Origin: Nostoc sp. DedSLP01
GTDB taxonomy: Bacteria; Cyanobacteriota; Cyanobacteriia; Cyanobacteriales; Nostocaceae
Direction of reading: 5' to 3'
Assembly (NCBI GenBank): GCA_034530875.2
Contig: JAVRCJ020000001.1
Span: 32,001 to 96,000 of the forward strand
Length of the DNA stretch: 64,000 nt
The notes beneath the pieces are model-generated. The model had not been told where the DNA came from, ran no database searches, and saw nothing but the letters and a program-made list of their open reading frames with translations. This document shows positions 38,368 to 48,100 of the stretch, piece by piece. The stretch's first letter is position 1. The number at the start of each line of letters is the position of its first letter. Made by a program: the position numbers and the translations under genes.

Positions 38368-40431
38368 TTAACGCGAACTAGGTAAAACCTCTGGCTCATC
38401 ATCTAAACTGAGGAGGAATTGAATTAAATCTGTCTGTTCTTGAGTTGTGAAGCCTGCTTTTTTATCTACCCAGTAAGCGTGTCCAGTGCCATCTACATTA
38501 GACTTTTGCAAATCTGGATGAGCTTGGTTAGCTGCAATAGTTGCCTCACGAAGGTTGCGGTCAACTAGCACCCGCAGGCTGGCTTCTGGGTCGGGTAAAA
38601 TATTTTGCTCTAATGTACCAGCCATCCCCAACTCTTGAGGTTTTGCGACTACAAATTGTCCGTCCTGTTCGTTTTGCTTGAGTGCTGAAGCACTAGCAGC
38701 CACACCGCCATCGTGTAAATAAGGCGCAGTTAAATACAAACCAATTAAACTTGGTACTTTATAACCGCCGGCGGGATTATTAATACCAAAAGCTAACTGT
38801 TGTGCTTTCTGTGGCGTAATATCTGTAGGCACATCTAACAGTGGAGGATTAGATGGTAAAGGGACAGAAACGCTGTTCGGGTAGGTTTGGGGTTTAGTGA
38901 AGTTCTTCGCAAATACTGCTAATGTAGGAGCGCGTGATGGTTGAGTGCCAATCTCATTTTGAGCGATGACATCATGATTAGTAAAGTAGCGTCCGCTATG
39001 GCAGTCTATACAGCCAGCACGAGTAAATACAGTCGCGCCTTTTTCTAAAGAAGCAACATCGCTAATTTGAATCGGTGGTGGTGCGAGAGTATTTTGCCAA
39101 GCAGACATGCCATTTAATTGGTCGCCAACGGGGTAGCCTGGAGAAGATGCCATTAACCCATCTAACATAAACGGCGAACCTTTGGGATATCCAGGCATCC
39201 GAATCACTTGATTAATTGCAGGTTCTCCTGGAGTGGGATCGATTTTGTCAAAAAATTCTGATGGTTTTGCGCCTTGGGGTAACCTAAACGCTGGATTGGC
39301 AGCATTTTGCAGAATCACTCCTAAATAAGTTTCTTTGTCAATACCTAATGTGGATTGGCTGGCATCAGCGCCATTTGTCGCGTCTGAGTTTGTGGCGTGG
39401 ACGTTGCTATTTAAAGTAGTTAAACCGTGGAACCAACCAACGGCGGAATGACCACTCCAACCATAAGGCCAGGCATCAAAAGTATAAGACGAGGGAATTT
39501 GAGAGGGATTATTTACTAAAGTGCCGCTAGAATCAAAGTTTCCTGGCGGCCAAGTTAATAGTTTGGCGTCAACTGCATCTTCTACAGCTTTGGCATCTGG
39601 TAAGCGGGATTTTTCACCATCAGCATTAATGTAACTATGTTCTCCCGCTGCAAATTGCGTCGGGTTAACATCTGTTTGGCGAAACATCGCTGCGGAATTG
39701 GTAGCAAACGCCAGAACCAAGCCAGTATCAAGGTCGTTGTTTGGTGCGCCTTCTAAGATGCGTCCGGTTTCTCTGTCAACTGTGGTATGACATAAAGCGC
39801 AGGTAATCCCAAATCTCAGTTTCCCTTTAGTTATGCTGGCACGCATACCCAAGGGGACAAGGGAATTGGGAGGTACATCTAAGCCTGTATTCAATAATGT
39901 GCCTGCTTTGAAAGTGCGTCCGCCAATTGTCACATCTTCATTGATGGGGATTTGCAAATTCGTTGTGTGCTTCCCTGCAAGTTTGGCGATCGCTTGCCCC
40001 ACAGTTATCATATTTATCGGGCCATTCAGCGCTCCTACAACATCGGTTTGGAAGATTTCGTTCCCAAAAGTTTCGGAATAAAAAGCATCTCGTCCTAGCT
40101 TTAATGTTTCTTCTGTAACAGCAAACGCGCCATTTTCTGGGGATAGTTGTTTGCTTAGAGCTTCAGTTTGCAATAACCGTGTAGCTTCATCTTTATTAAT
40201 GGCGTACCCCAACACATCATAAGACCCTATTTCCTGGGGTGCAGCTTGTGTTATGGGTGTAAAAGTCTTATCGAGGCTGGGAGTTTTACCTAAAACAATT
40301 TCTAATCTATAAGCGAAGAAACTAACAATAATAATTAAAAACAACAGTATGCCAATAGTCCGCCATTTCTTTTTTTGAGGCTCAATTTGAGGCGGCTTGG
40401 TATCTATAGTGATACTTGAGTCAGTTTTCAT
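38368..40431 (-). CDS. Membrane-anchored di-heme c-type cytochrome (bCcP/MauG/RoxA superfamily-like)
   Basis: N-terminal TM; CALCH and CIDCH; YKVPSL.GL..TAPYLHDG; probable start MKTD at 40431 (track 40473). Confidence 0.8.
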   Translation of the reverse strand: MKTDSSITIDTKPPQIEPQKKKWRTIGILLFLIIIVSFFAYRLEIVLGKTPSLDKTFTPITQAAPQEIGSYDVLGYAINKDEATRLLQTEALSKQLSPENGAFAVTEETLKLGRDAFYSETFGNEIFQTDVVGALNGPINMITVGQAIAKLAGKHTTNLQIPINEDVTIGGRTFKAGTLLNTGLDVPPNSLVPLGMRASITKGKLRFGITCALCHTTVDRETGRILEGAPNNDLDTGLVLAFATNSAAMFRQTDVNPTQFAAGEHSYINADGEKSRLPDAKAVEDAVDAKLLTWPPGNFDSSGTLVNNPSQIPSSYTFDAWPYGWSGHSAVGWFHGLTTLNSNVHATNSDATNGADASQSTLGIDKETYLGVILQNAANPAFRLPQGAKPSEFFDKIDPTPGEPAINQVIRMPGYPKGSPFMLDGLMASSPGYPVGDQLNGMSAWQNTLAPPPIQISDVASLEKGATVFTRAGCIDCHSGRYFTNHDVIAQNEIGTQPSRAPTLAVFAKNFTKPQTYPNSVSVPLPSNPPLLDVPTDITPQKAQQLAFGINNPAGGYKVPSLIGLYLTAPYLHDGGVAASASALKQNEQDGQFVVAKPQELGMAGTLEQNILPDPEASLRVLVDRNLREATIAANQAHPDLQKSNVDGTGHAYWVDKKAGFTTQEQTDLIQFLLSLDDEPEVLPSSR

Positions 40432-40794
40432 AGTCCGAGTTTTACTCAATGCAGTTACATTCAAGCGGAGCATGAAACTAAAAGCTTCATCCTTATAGAT
40501 GATGTCCGGTTGAGCAAAGGAGTAATTTTTGGGGAAAAAGGTTTAATGTTAGCCTTGTTTGGCTTTAAGCACTCGGCGTATACGTCCAACAAAGGTAATT
40601 TGGTAAGAATGGAAAACAGTCTCTCGATTAGAGTAACTAGCCAAAATAGGACTTACGCAGCAATACGAAAAATCAAGGGTTTGAACTAGGGGTGTAGGGT
40701 ACACAAATGGAAGGGTGTAAGTTACCAAAACCTTTACACCCAGTCTCAACATTTGTCAACGCAGACAAATAATTTGGCAATCGACAACATTTAA

Positions 40795-40866
40795 AGCGGG
40801 CGATGGGACTCGAACCCACGACGTTCACCTTGGGAAGGTGACATTCTACCACTGAATTACACCCGC
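40795..40866 (-). tRNA. tRNA-Gly(CCC)
   Basis: GCGGGTGTAATTCAGTGGTAGAATGTCACCTT-CCC-AAGGTGAACGTCGTGGGTTCGAGTCCCATCGCCCGCT; full cloverleaf, CCA not encoded. Confidence 0.97.
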
Positions 40867-41107
40867 GAGTAGCTGTTAACTAAAACTTTAATATCATACT
40901 ACAGCATACCATTATTTATAGGCGTTTTCAATTGACTAAAATACACACAGTTTTGCAACTGGCGATATTTTCAGCAAAGCTTTGATAAGGCACTTAAGCT
41001 TCAACAGAGCCAAAGACGCTCCGCCTTTGCCCGATATCTAACACTGTATATAGAATCACTCAAAATCCTACACTGTGCCAAGGAAACTCAATGTAGGATT
41101 ATCCGAC

Positions 41108-41785
41108 TTATAGAACAATGTCTTCACCTCGCTCAGTGAAGCGAACCTCTTTAATATTCCATGCAGCATTACTTGTGAGAGTTTTGCGGAGACTACCAAA
41201 CAAAGCAAACTGTTCGCAACTAGAGAGAGAAGCTATTTGCCGCTTAGACTCAGGCGATATCCGTAAATCAACTGTAGCAACCCCATTTTTGACGTTAACC
41301 CGATACCCAGACAAGCTAAAGTCACTTGTATCTCGTTTTTCTATGATTTTACCGACTGCATTTGTAACTGGTTCTTCAGCTGGTACTGAAACTTTTTCTG
41401 GAATTAGTTTTTGACAGTCAAGGTCACTAGTGTAAATTGTAACGTTTGTAGTTTTGTTACTGGCAACTTTAGAAGGTGATGGAGAAGCGGTATTTTCCGC
41501 AGGAGATTGTTGATTTGCAGACTTTTCTCTCAACTGTGCGACGGTAGGAACTTGTCTGGAAGTCTTAGAAGACGAGGTATTTGTCGGTGTTGGAGTCGGT
41601 TGTGGAGTTAATGTAGTTGTCGGTGTTGGAGTCGGCTGTGGAGTTAATGTAGTGTTTGGTGGTGTGGTAGGGGATGGTGTTTGAGTCTCAATATTATTAG
41701 TGGCGGGGTTAGAATTACAACTGCTCAAGCCAAGAACCATTGTTATAGCAATCAGGGGTAAAAAATATCTTTTGGTTGTCTTCAT
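41108..41785 (-). CDS. GerMN-like lipoprotein with Pro/Thr linker
   Basis: Lipobox LSSC; duplicated TTLTPQPTPTPT; GVATVDL, SLSSCEQFALFGSLRKTL. Confidence 0.8.
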   Translation of the reverse strand: MKTTKRYFLPLIAITMVLGLSSCNSNPATNNIETQTPSPTTPPNTTLTPQPTPTPTTTLTPQPTPTPTNTSSSKTSRQVPTVAQLREKSANQQSPAENTASPSPSKVASNKTTNVTIYTSDLDCQKLIPEKVSVPAEEPVTNAVGKIIEKRDTSDFSLSGYRVNVKNGVATVDLRISPESKRQIASLSSCEQFALFGSLRKTLTSNAAWNIKEVRFTERGEDIVL

Positions 41786-42097
41786 AAATTTGCTCTTAAG
41801 TTAGATCGCTGCTATGAACTTCAATATTGCTGGTATCAATTCCGTATGAATTTGTGAATTTTGAGCCAGTATCTAAAGTGTCAACTTAGCATCTGTTAAG
41901 CCGAAATTACGTTAACGGTATAAAAATTAAAACTACATCTTTCTTAAGGATCTACTCGATCGCATCCAAATGAGTTTAAGTAGAATCCCAGAACCTGAGG
42001 TCGAGAGATATTATTCTCAAGAATGATGCCAAGTAAGTGGATTTCAGTAATCATTAGAGAAAATAAACCAAATTTTAATGATTTTAAAGACAAAAAA

Positions 42098-42295
42098 ATG
42101 AATAGAGGCTCTCAAGAAAGAACATTAAGAAGGCAAAATACGATTCTCGCTGCTAAAAATTTTTTAGCAGAAATGAATAAAGATGCTAGTTCGGAAGAAC
42201 TGAGATTTATTGCTGATAATGTGGGTGAGATTGCACTATTTTGGCATTTGATTGAAAATCCAGAAGAAATTTCTTTGCTGGAATTGCAAATATAG
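42098..42295 (+). CDS. small hypothetical protein
   Basis: MNRGSQERTLRRQNTILAAKNFL... (65 aa), followed by a REP. Confidence 0.55.
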   Translation: MNRGSQERTLRRQNTILAAKNFLAEMNKDASSEELRFIADNVGEIALFWHLIENPEEISLLELQI

Positions 42296-42336
42296 TCGAA
42301 GCATTGCATTGCAAAGAGGCAGTAGGGATTGGGTAG

Positions 42337-42366
42337 AGTAGAGACGCGATTAATCGCGTCTCTACT
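42337..42366. repeat. GTAG-type REP palindrome between convergent genes
   Basis: Perfect 30-bp palindrome AGTAGAGACGCGATTAATCGCGTCTCTACT. Confidence 0.88.
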
Positions 42367-42419
42367 GAGTGCGGGTGCAACAATTTTTATGCTCTTGCAT
42401 TCTGAATTCTCCTGTATTA

Positions 42420-43100
42420 TCAAATTAACTTCATATTAGAGGAGAGGCGACCTACCATTTCTGCGCGAGACGAAACATCAAGCTTGCGGAATATTCGTTT
42501 CAAAGCTTGCTTGACAGAATTTTCCGTAATCCAAAGAGTTGCGCCAATTTCAGCATTTGTTAGTCCTTGTGCAACTAATTCAGCAATTTGAATTTCACGT
42601 TGTGTTAAGGGATTAGTACTCAGAGAATTGAACAGTGTCGATCGCAATTGTAATGTCGCACGCCAAGTTGAAATATGCAGACACAAGGCGCTTAAATCTG
42701 CTAATTCTTGTGCATTAAAGGCAGGAGCGTTTCGAGTCCGAGTCAGACCGATGGCACCAAGTAGGTGGCCACTACCGACAACTGGCCCAACCATCACATG
42801 ATAGTGGTCAAAACGCGGACAAATAACCTGCCATTCTCCAGGCGATAACAATAATTCTTCGTGAACTACAGCGTGATGCTCGACTAAGTAACGCAAGACT
42901 GGATTATGCTCCAAAGAAAATGCTAATCGCACCACACGAGGAATGTTTTTCTCAAATTGCCAAAGCTTATCGAAGAAAAATATCCCCGAACGTTCGGCAG
43001 CAAAATACTCACTCAATTTACTAATGACTTGCGATCGCAATTCTTGCTCATCACTAGCACGAGCGATGGCATCAAATAAAGATTGTAAAGAATTCGCCAT
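42420..43100 (-). CDS. GAF + LuxR-type HTH transcriptional regulator
   Basis: HNPVLRYL..HH..VHE, CPR.DH.HVM.GP; LTQRE.QIAELVA.GLTNAEIG..L. Confidence 0.92.
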   Translation of the reverse strand: MANSLQSLFDAIARASDEQELRSQVISKLSEYFAAERSGIFFFDKLWQFEKNIPRVVRLAFSLEHNPVLRYLVEHHAVVHEELLLSPGEWQVICPRFDHYHVMVGPVVGSGHLLGAIGLTRTRNAPAFNAQELADLSALCLHISTWRATLQLRSTLFNSLSTNPLTQREIQIAELVAQGLTNAEIGATLWITENSVKQALKRIFRKLDVSSRAEMVGRLSSNMKLI

Positions 43101-43117
43101 AATCTTAACTGCAAAAT

Positions 43118-43149
43118 GTACTCGTTCGAGGACTAGGCGTCGTTATAAT
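43118..43149 (+). promoter_or_regulatory. Palindromic operator and TATAAT -10 upstream of the rhodanese gene
   Basis: GTACTCG-TT-CGAGGAC (43118-43133), TATAAT at 43144-43149. Confidence 0.55.
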
Positions 43150-43199
43150 CCAGACTTTATTCTACCTGCATAACAATTGCAGAATCAGGCAGAATAAAC

Positions 43200-44027
43200 A
43201 TGTCTCAATATATACACAGCAATATACTTGTCGATACCCAGTGGATATTTGAACGCTTGAATGACCCCCATATCCGTTTGATTCAAGCAGACATGAATCC
43301 ACACGCATATAACACCGGACACATTCCTGGCGCTGTCTTTTGGAATGTTACTACTGACCTTCTACTACCCGATTACCGCATTAATTTTGACCGAGCTGCA
43401 TGGGAAAAACTCTTGGCTAATTCTGGGATTACAAGTAAAACTACTGTCGTTGCTTATGGTGATTTCCCTGCGACAAGTGCATGGTTATTTTGGCTTTTCA
43501 AAGTCTTCGGTCATAGTGATGTGCGCGTTTTTAACGGTAATTATCAAAAATGGTTGTCCGAAGGTCGTCCAGTAGCCATAGAATCAGAAGCGATCGCACC
43601 AACCGAATATCAACTGCAAACTCTTGATGCAAACTTGCGAGCATTTTCTCATGATGTACGGGAATCTATTGGCACAGATAGCGTTTTAGTGGATGTCCGC
43701 ACGCCTCAAGAGTACAGTGGGGAATGGTTTTTCATGCAGCCACCTCAAGGAACGGAACGTGCAGGTCATATTCCTGGTGCAGTGTCCGTGTATTATGAGT
43801 TAGCTCTCAATGAAGATGGGACTTTTAAATCAGTCGAAGAATTGCAAAAACTTTATACCAGCAAAGGTATTACTTCCGATAAAGAAGTAATTACTTACTG
43901 TGCTGTTGGCGGACGTTCAGCGCATACTTGGTTCGTCTTGAAATATTTACTTGGTTACTCAAAAGTCCGAAACTACGATGGCTCATGGAATGAATGGAGT
44001 CGAATATCGAATATGCCCATTGAATAG
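43200..44027 (+). CDS. Tandem-domain sulfurtransferase (rhodanese, SseA/RhdA family)
   Basis: GHIPGA twice, DVR.P.EY.G, active-site YCAVGGRS, NYDGSWNEW. Confidence 0.95.
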   Translation: MSQYIHSNILVDTQWIFERLNDPHIRLIQADMNPHAYNTGHIPGAVFWNVTTDLLLPDYRINFDRAAWEKLLANSGITSKTTVVAYGDFPATSAWLFWLFKVFGHSDVRVFNGNYQKWLSEGRPVAIESEAIAPTEYQLQTLDANLRAFSHDVRESIGTDSVLVDVRTPQEYSGEWFFMQPPQGTERAGHIPGAVSVYYELALNEDGTFKSVEELQKLYTSKGITSDKEVITYCAVGGRSAHTWFVLKYLLGYSKVRNYDGSWNEWSRISNMPIE

Positions 44028-44148
44028 CTGTTAATATACAGCAGAATTCTGAATTTTTCTTCAGCCATAAACTGTTGTTTGCTAAGGATTATTGGGAAAC
44101 ATAGAAATGAAGTCAACTTCATTTACTTAGCTGGCAACTAACAACATT

Positions 44149-46758
44149 ATGGTTAGTAATCTGATTGCTGTAGATAAAAATATTTATGAATCACTGCAAC
44201 AAGAATTAATAGAACTGCGTCAGATAGTTGCCAGTTTACAAGGTGCTAAATCTGCCAATCCTTTAAAACCTAATCTAGAGCAGATGGGTTTGTTTATCGA
44301 ACATATCCCTGCGGCGATAGCTATATTCGATCGGCAAATGCGCTACGTCTTGATGAGTCGGCGTTGGCGCGAAGATTACGGCCTCAGCGATAAAGAAATC
44401 ATCGGTTGCTCTCATGCTGAAATCTTTCCAGAAATTTCTCCGTATTTGCAGGAAATCCATCAACGTTGTTTGGTAGGAACCATTGATAAATCTGAGGAAA
44501 ATATTTTCCCTTTTAGAAACGGGACAATGGATTTGGTGAAATGGGAAATCAATCCTTGGTACGAAGAGTCCGGAGAAATTGGTGGGATCGTCATCTTCTC
44601 TCAAGGGATTACTGCTGAGAAACAAGCACAAGAAACACTACAACATCTCTATCAGGAGCTAGAAGCCAAAACCGAGGAGCATACAGCAGATTTACAAGAT
44701 CCCGAAGCACGATTCCAGCGGTTAGCTGACAATGTGCCAGGAATGATTCATGAATTTTGTTTGTATCCTGATGGTACGATGTCCTTCCCCTTCGTTTCTT
44801 CTGGATGTCGAGAAATCTTTGGAGTAGATCCCGAACAAATCAGAAATGATGTATCTCTAACATTTGCTTGCATTCATCCTGAGGATGTTTCAGATTTACA
44901 CAAAGCAATTATGCGTTCTGCCGAAACTCTGGAAAACTACGAGCATGAGTGGCGGATAATAACTCCCACTGGTCAGTACAAATGGCTTAAATCCATCGCT
45001 AGACCGGAACGCCAACCAACAGGAGAAATTCTCTGGTATGGTTATATGGTCGATATTAGCGAACTGCAAACGGCAATCTGCGATCGCCAACAAGCCACAG
45101 CTCAACTACAAGAGAAAGAGCAGTTCTTACGCAATATTTTTGATGGCGTCGCTCAAGTAATAACCGTAATAGATGTTTTGGAAAACTTTGAATTTCGTTA
45201 TGCTGGCTGGAATTCAGCAGCAGAAAAAATAACAGGAATTAGCAACGCAGAGGTTATTGGTAAAACTCCAGAATATGTACATGGCTCTGTTGAGGGTCTA
45301 GAAGTACGTCAACGATTCCAAATCTGTGCAGAAAGTGGTATCGGTCTAAAGTATGAAGAATGCCTGACTTTTCACGGTCAAAAAACTTGGTGGTTAACTA
45401 CAATTAATCCTTTAAAAAATAGCGAAGGTCGAATTTATCGACTAGTAGGAACAGCCTTAAATATTACAGAACGGAAACAAGCTGAAGAAGCACTCCAAGC
45501 CAGCCAACACTTCATTCAACGCATTACAGATTCTTCCCCTAATATTCTCTATATCTTCGATTTAGAAGAACAGCGTAATATTTACGCCAATCAAGAAATT
45601 GGTAAACTTCTTGGTTACTCTAATGAAGAAATTCAACAGATGGGAACACAAATTTTACCCACAATTACTCATCCAGATGATTGGGAAAAAGTTGTAACTC
45701 ACCTACAAAATTTTACTAAAGCCAAGGATGGCGACATTTATGAATTTGAATTTCGCGTCAGAAAACCAAACGGTGAATGGTGTTGGCTATACACTAGAGA
45801 AACAGTATTTAGTCGCAGTATTGATGGAAAAATAAAACAAATTCTTGGCGTTTCAACTGATATTACCGAGCGCAAACAAGCCGAGATGCAATTACAGCAA
45901 CAAGCTCAAAATTTAGAAAACACACTCCGGGAATTACAACGTACCCAAAGCCAACTTATCCAAAGTGAAAAAATGTCTTCGCTTGGTAATATGGTTGCAG
46001 GTGTTGCTCATGAAATTAATAATCCCGTTAATTTTATTCATGCTAATCTGATTCCAGCCAGTGAATACACCCAAGACTTATTACGTTTGGTAGAACTCTA
46101 CCAACAATATTTCCCCTATCCCCCAGAAGAAATTCAAGCAGAAATCACAGCTATTGACCTTGATTTCCTCAAGGAAGACTTTGTAAAACTCTTCCAATCC
46201 ATGACTTCAGGAACTCAGAGAATTCGTGAAATCGTTCTATCATTGCGGAACTTTTCCCGACTTGATGAAGCTGAATTTAAAGATGTAGATATCCATGAAG
46301 GTATCGATAGTACTTTGATGATTCTACACAACCGCTTGAAAGCTAAACCAAATCATCCAGAGATTTGTGTAATTAAAGAGTATGGTAAACTTCCCGCTGT
46401 AGAATGCTATCCTGGTCAATTAAATCAGGTGTTTATGAATATTTTAAATAATGCTATTGATGCCTTGGAAGATTTATCTTTAGAAAAACAAGGACAAATT
46501 CGCATTTACACTGAAGTCGATCGTAGTAAATGGGTAATCATTAAAATTTCAGATAATGGTGTAGGGATTCCTCAAGAAATACTGCCAAAACTTTTTGACC
46601 CTTTCTTTACTACTAAAGATGTCGGTAAAGGTACAGGACTAGGATTATCTATTAGTTACCAAATTATAGTAGACAAACATCAGGGAAATTTGTCTTGTAG
46701 CTCTACATCTGGACAAGGAGCAGAATTTGTAATTCAAATTCCTATAAGTCAATCCTAA
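44149..46758 (+). CDS. Multi-PAS sensor histidine kinase
   Basis: Four PAS domains; AGVAHEINNP; FDPFFTTK.VGKGTGLGL. Confidence 0.95.
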   Translation: MVSNLIAVDKNIYESLQQELIELRQIVASLQGAKSANPLKPNLEQMGLFIEHIPAAIAIFDRQMRYVLMSRRWREDYGLSDKEIIGCSHAEIFPEISPYLQEIHQRCLVGTIDKSEENIFPFRNGTMDLVKWEINPWYEESGEIGGIVIFSQGITAEKQAQETLQHLYQELEAKTEEHTADLQDPEARFQRLADNVPGMIHEFCLYPDGTMSFPFVSSGCREIFGVDPEQIRNDVSLTFACIHPEDVSDLHKAIMRSAETLENYEHEWRIITPTGQYKWLKSIARPERQPTGEILWYGYMVDISELQTAICDRQQATAQLQEKEQFLRNIFDGVAQVITVIDVLENFEFRYAGWNSAAEKITGISNAEVIGKTPEYVHGSVEGLEVRQRFQICAESGIGLKYEECLTFHGQKTWWLTTINPLKNSEGRIYRLVGTALNITERKQAEEALQASQHFIQRITDSSPNILYIFDLEEQRNIYANQEIGKLLGYSNEEIQQMGTQILPTITHPDDWEKVVTHLQNFTKAKDGDIYEFEFRVRKPNGEWCWLYTRETVFSRSIDGKIKQILGVSTDITERKQAEMQLQQQAQNLENTLRELQRTQSQLIQSEKMSSLGNMVAGVAHEINNPVNFIHANLIPASEYTQDLLRLVELYQQYFPYPPEEIQAEITAIDLDFLKEDFVKLFQSMTSGTQRIREIVLSLRNFSRLDEAEFKDVDIHEGIDSTLMILHNRLKAKPNHPEICVIKEYGKLPAVECYPGQLNQVFMNILNNAIDALEDLSLEKQGQIRIYTEVDRSKWVIIKISDNGVGIPQEILPKLFDPFFTTKDVGKGTGLGLSISYQIIVDKHQGNLSCSSTSGQGAEFVIQIPISQS

Positions 46759-46895
46759 AATAAAAGCCATAATAGAGAATTTTCTAATTTGTAATAAGTC
46801 ACAAATACCCCAATTATTAGAAAATTAGGGGATGTTATCTCCGATGAATAATTTAGATTTGTTATAGTTAGGTTAAGTTTAGGGGTAAAAAAGTA

Positions 46896-47534
46896 ATGTT
46901 ACTTGAACTCAATCAACTAATTGTACCTGTTGGTCATCAGTTGTTGATTAAAGGTATATCGTGGTCAGGGTACAAAAATATTTTGGCGGAATTGGGTGAA
47001 AATCGTAGTTCTCGGATATCTTACAGTCAAGGGGTGCTGGAAATAATGGCTCCATTACCAGAGCATGAAGTAGGTAAAGTTATTATTGGGGACTTAATAA
47101 AAGTTATCCTTGAAGAACTTGATATTGAATTTTGGAGTCTAGGTTCTACGACTTTTGACCAAGAAAAAATGGATGCTGGGGTAGAACCGGATGATTGTTT
47201 TTACATCGAAAACGAAGCTGCTGTTAGAGGTAAGGATAGAATTGATTTAACAGTCGATCCGCCGCCAGATTTGGCAATCGAAATTGATATTACTTCCCGC
47301 ACCCGTTTTAATAATTATCAATTATTGGGAGTACCGGAATTGTGGCGATGGAATGGCAATAAATTAGAAATTAATGTTTTGATTGATGGAAAATATATAG
47401 AATCTAATAACAGTCGGATTTTTCCTAGCTTACCTATTGCTCAAGCGATTCCTGAATATTTAAAGCGGTGTAAAACGGATGGCAGGAATGCAACTATGAA
47501 AGTATTTCGTGCTTGGGTGAAACAGCAAATATAA
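46896..47534 (+). CDS. Uma2 family (PD-(D/E)XK) putative endonuclease
   Basis: LEIMAPLPEHE, GVEPD.CFY, PPPDLAIEIDITS, LGVPELWR. Confidence 0.93.
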   Translation: MLLELNQLIVPVGHQLLIKGISWSGYKNILAELGENRSSRISYSQGVLEIMAPLPEHEVGKVIIGDLIKVILEELDIEFWSLGSTTFDQEKMDAGVEPDDCFYIENEAAVRGKDRIDLTVDPPPDLAIEIDITSRTRFNNYQLLGVPELWRWNGNKLEINVLIDGKYIESNNSRIFPSLPIAQAIPEYLKRCKTDGRNATMKVFRAWVKQQI

Positions 47535-47705
47535 TTGGCTGATGCAGAGATGCAAAATTGAAAATACTTTTAGCGCCTAGTTTTGAGAATATCAGACTGG
47601 CGATCGCACTTATATAAAAATGATTTTTCCGCGAACATGTTGATTCTGCCAAATATTACACTATAGTACATTCGTGCGATCGCAGTTACTCGCAATAATA
47701 CACAT

Positions 47706-47948
47706 TAAACCTGCCTTGAAAATAGGGAGTAGGGAATGGGGAACTCGGGGCCCCCACGAAGTGGGGATTAGGGGCATGGGGAATAGGGAAAAGAAATTTT
47801 CATTGTTCCTTGTGAGCGCAACTCATGGAGTCTCTTGCAAAAAGAGTTTTGCAAGAGGGGGCAAAGGGAAAAGGTAAAAGGGAAAGGGTTTTTGTTATCC
47901 CTTTACCCTTTCCCCCTTACCCTTTTTCCAACTTCTGCAAGAAGTCTA
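47706..47948. mobile_element. Composite TA-flanked MITE with STRR and small inserted repeat
   Basis: Right end ACTTCTGCAAGAAGTCTA is the inverse of the 13426 left TIR; left part matches 23330-23455. Confidence 0.72.
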
Positions 47949-48100
47949 TTAAACTGGCTGAGTACGGTTATAATATCGGCTGACTCTTTCTTAACCTGAG
48001 TACTCCAAAGTTTTTTGGACTTGCTGAGGAGATTATAAATACTTTACCAAACAATCGGTATTAGCTATAGTAGCTGAGTTTTAAATATTAACGAAAACGA

